A stretch of 37,517 bases of DNA. Origin: an uncultured Opitutia bacterium (GTDB lineage Bacteria > Verrucomicrobiota > Verrucomicrobiia > Opitutales > JAIRKQ01). Positions 35,838 to 37,517 of this stretch are shown here, piece after piece. Every line of letters starts with the position of its first letter. The stretch's first letter is position 1. Made by a program: the position numbers and the translations under genes. Under the pieces are notes generated by a model. The model saw only the letters and a list, made by a program, of their open reading frames with translations. It did no database searches and was not told the DNA's origin. The stretch is from contig CBCPNC010000011.1 of the NCBI GenBank assembly GCA_965120425.1, forward strand, positions 1 to 37,517. Reading direction: 5' to 3'.

Positions 35838-37517
35838 ATGTTTTTTAAGGAAAACTTTGTCAGCCGCGCTAAGAGAAGAGTGAACAGTTTACACAAATAT
35901 GCTCAGTATGACTTTAAATCGGCAACAAGATTACTAGCATGGTCATTAAAAGAGTGTTTTAGAATTATTATTGCTTCAATTATTTATAAGATTTTAGCAT
36001 TAAAAAACAAAATCTTTCATAGCAATACAAATGCAACTGACCAACAAATTCACATCGCAATAAAAGTAATTGGCGGATTAGGTGATATACTAATGTATAG
36101 TACTGTAATTAAAGAATTATATAAGCAATTAGGTTGTAAATGCTGCATTGACATTACATCAGATAATGATCATAAAAAAAAAATATTACAGTTCATATTT
36201 TCAGCATATAAATTTATTAGAATATTAGAGGCATTACCAATTACTAGCAAAAGGATCAAGTATGATGCCACTTTCACAATCAACAGATTTATTCACTGCA
36301 CCTATTGTAATGAAATCTCTTTGCAACAAAAAGCTCCAAAGCTACTAGCTTTTTGTGAAAAAATTCAAGAATTCTTTGAACGGCATAGAAACATGTACTA
36401 TGATGCATTTGAGTGTCATACTTTAATACAATATTTTTCTGAGCTAATAGATCTCAAACGCTTCGAACAACCTGATGCATGTAAGATTTTAAATATAAAC
36501 AAATTTACCAAAACATTTGTTAATGTGGAAGACAGTTCTTATAACAATGTTGCCAAATTTAAATTACGTAACACAAATTACATAACTTTGCAACGTGGAA
36601 TAGATTTTATCAACCATAGAAAAGATTCAACAAAACTTTGGCCAAAGAAACACTATGAAACATTCATTGAAAAATTTCGTAAAAAATTTCCAGATATAAA
36701 AATTGTTCAACTAGGGACCGATAGTACTTCATTACAAGGTGTAGATTTAAATCTTTCTGGAACAACTTCATTAGAAGAAACAGCTGTTATTTTAAAACAC
36801 TCATTATTTCATCTTGATGGAGAATGTGGCCTAGTGCATCTAAAAAGAGCATTAAACGGCAAATCAATTGTATTATTTGGACCAACTTCTCAAAAAGTTT
36901 TTAGTTATGATGAAAATATTAACATTAAGGGCGACGACGGCTGCCCAGGTTGGTGCGAATGGATCACTCTTGATTGGGCTGAACATTGCTTACGTGGGTT
37001 TAAAGAAGCACCATGTATGTCCTCTATTTCTCCTGATACAGTTTTAGCAGCAGCAGAAGAATTACTAAATAATAAACATAAATATACTTATCATAGTATT
37101 TTAAACAATACTACAGAAAATGATATTGTAAAATTTATAACATCTAAATGTGAAGATAAAAACAGTGTAATAGTAGACATTTTCAATAAAAATTACTGGG
37201 AACTAGCCAAACAATTAAGTAACCATTTTAATGACATAACAATATTTCGTCAGGACTACGAATATAATTCCTTCGAACTCGCTAAACAGTACAACATAAA
37301 GGCAGAGTACGGCTGCTTATATAATATATGTATGCCTGATGATTCATGTGATGTCGTAATATGGCAACAAGCAAGCCATAATTATCCAGGTCATATTTAT
37401 TACGTTATTAAAGAGCTTCTACGCATTCTTAAGCCACAAGGGTATTTATTGATCTCTGGTATAAATATTGAGAATGAAATAGCCGAACAATTCGGACTTT
37501 TACAAAGTCAATCACCC
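35838..37517 (+). CDS. Family 9 glycosyltransferase (heptosyltransferase-like) fused to a class-I methyltransferase-like C-terminal domain; 3' end beyond the window
   Basis: Not in the ORF track. I hand-translated all 560 codons from ATG 35838 to the window end and found no stop. The GT9 N-terminus is IHIAIKVIGGLGDILMYSTVIKEL. The GT9 C-lobe is TSLEETAVILKHSLFHLDGECGLVHLKRALNGKSIVLFGPTS, plus a Cys motif CPGWCEW-x9-HC-x8-PCMSSISPDTV. The tail is SVIVDIFNKNY...CDVVIWQQASHN...VIKELLRILKPQGYLLISG. This resembles SAM-methyltransferase motifs, but the Gly-rich loop is degenerate. Confidence 0.7.
   Translation, partial: MFFKENFVSRAKRRVNSLHKYAQYDFKSATRLLAWSLKECFRIIIASIIYKILALKNKIFHSNTNATDQQIHIAIKVIGGLGDILMYSTVIKELYKQLGCKCCIDITSDNDHKKKILQFIFSAYKFIRILEALPITSKRIKYDATFTINRFIHCTYCNEISLQQKAPKLLAFCEKIQEFFERHRNMYYDAFECHTLIQYFSELIDLKRFEQPDACKILNINKFTKTFVNVEDSSYNNVAKFKLRNTNYITLQRGIDFINHRKDSTKLWPKKHYETFIEKFRKKFPDIKIVQLGTDSTSLQGVDLNLSGTTSLEETAVILKHSLFHLDGECGLVHLKRALNGKSIVLFGPTSQKVFSYDENINIKGDDGCPGWCEWITLDWAEHCLRGFKEAPCMSSISPDTVLAAAEELLNNKHKYTYHSILNNTTENDIVKFITSKCEDKNSVIVDIFNKNYWELAKQLSNHFNDITIFRQDYEYNSFELAKQYNIKAEYGCLYNICMPDDSCDVVIWQQASHNYPGHIYYVIKELLRILKPQGYLLISGINIENEIAEQFGLLQSQSP

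Overview
AT-rich, densely packed bacterial chromosome segment. G+C looks like roughly one third from spot counts and was not computed. I support about 30 protein genes, 3 tRNA genes that all encode their CCA ends, and a few terminators. There is no rRNA, CRISPR array, IS element or integrase. Shine-Dalgarno sites are used (for example AGGAGG before 15761). Two edge-truncated genes are missing from the ORF track and were recovered by hand translation: dxs (1-696, minus) and a GT9 glycosyltransferase with a methyltransferase-like tail (35838-37517, plus). The backbone is housekeeping: dxs, ctp, udg, glmM, hldA-gmhB, ybaB-holA, topB, trpS, clpP, and an overlapping M3 peptidase-cysS-rho-cmk operon. 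Several genes between these look like host-interaction or secreted functions. They are a signal-peptide class-3 lipase, an Asn/Ser/Thr-rich protein with a hydrophobic tail, a 921-aa helical orphan protein, and a stand-alone eukaryotic-like Ser/Thr kinase. This mix suggests a host-associated, possibly intracellular, bacterium, but I cannot assign a taxon from sequence alone. The best candidate for an undescribed system is a three-gene cassette (35446 to 34031, minus strand). It has no motif I recognise and sits exactly between two tRNA genes whose 3' ends face each other. It has its own strong terminator and a repeat-bearing upstream region. Other points of note are a tandem-Usp gene broken at an A6 run, a kinase-only heptose module next to an orphan response regulator, a Rho lacking the N-terminal helical subdomain, and a tRNA-Lys whose acceptor stem has three G-U pairs on the side facing the cassette.
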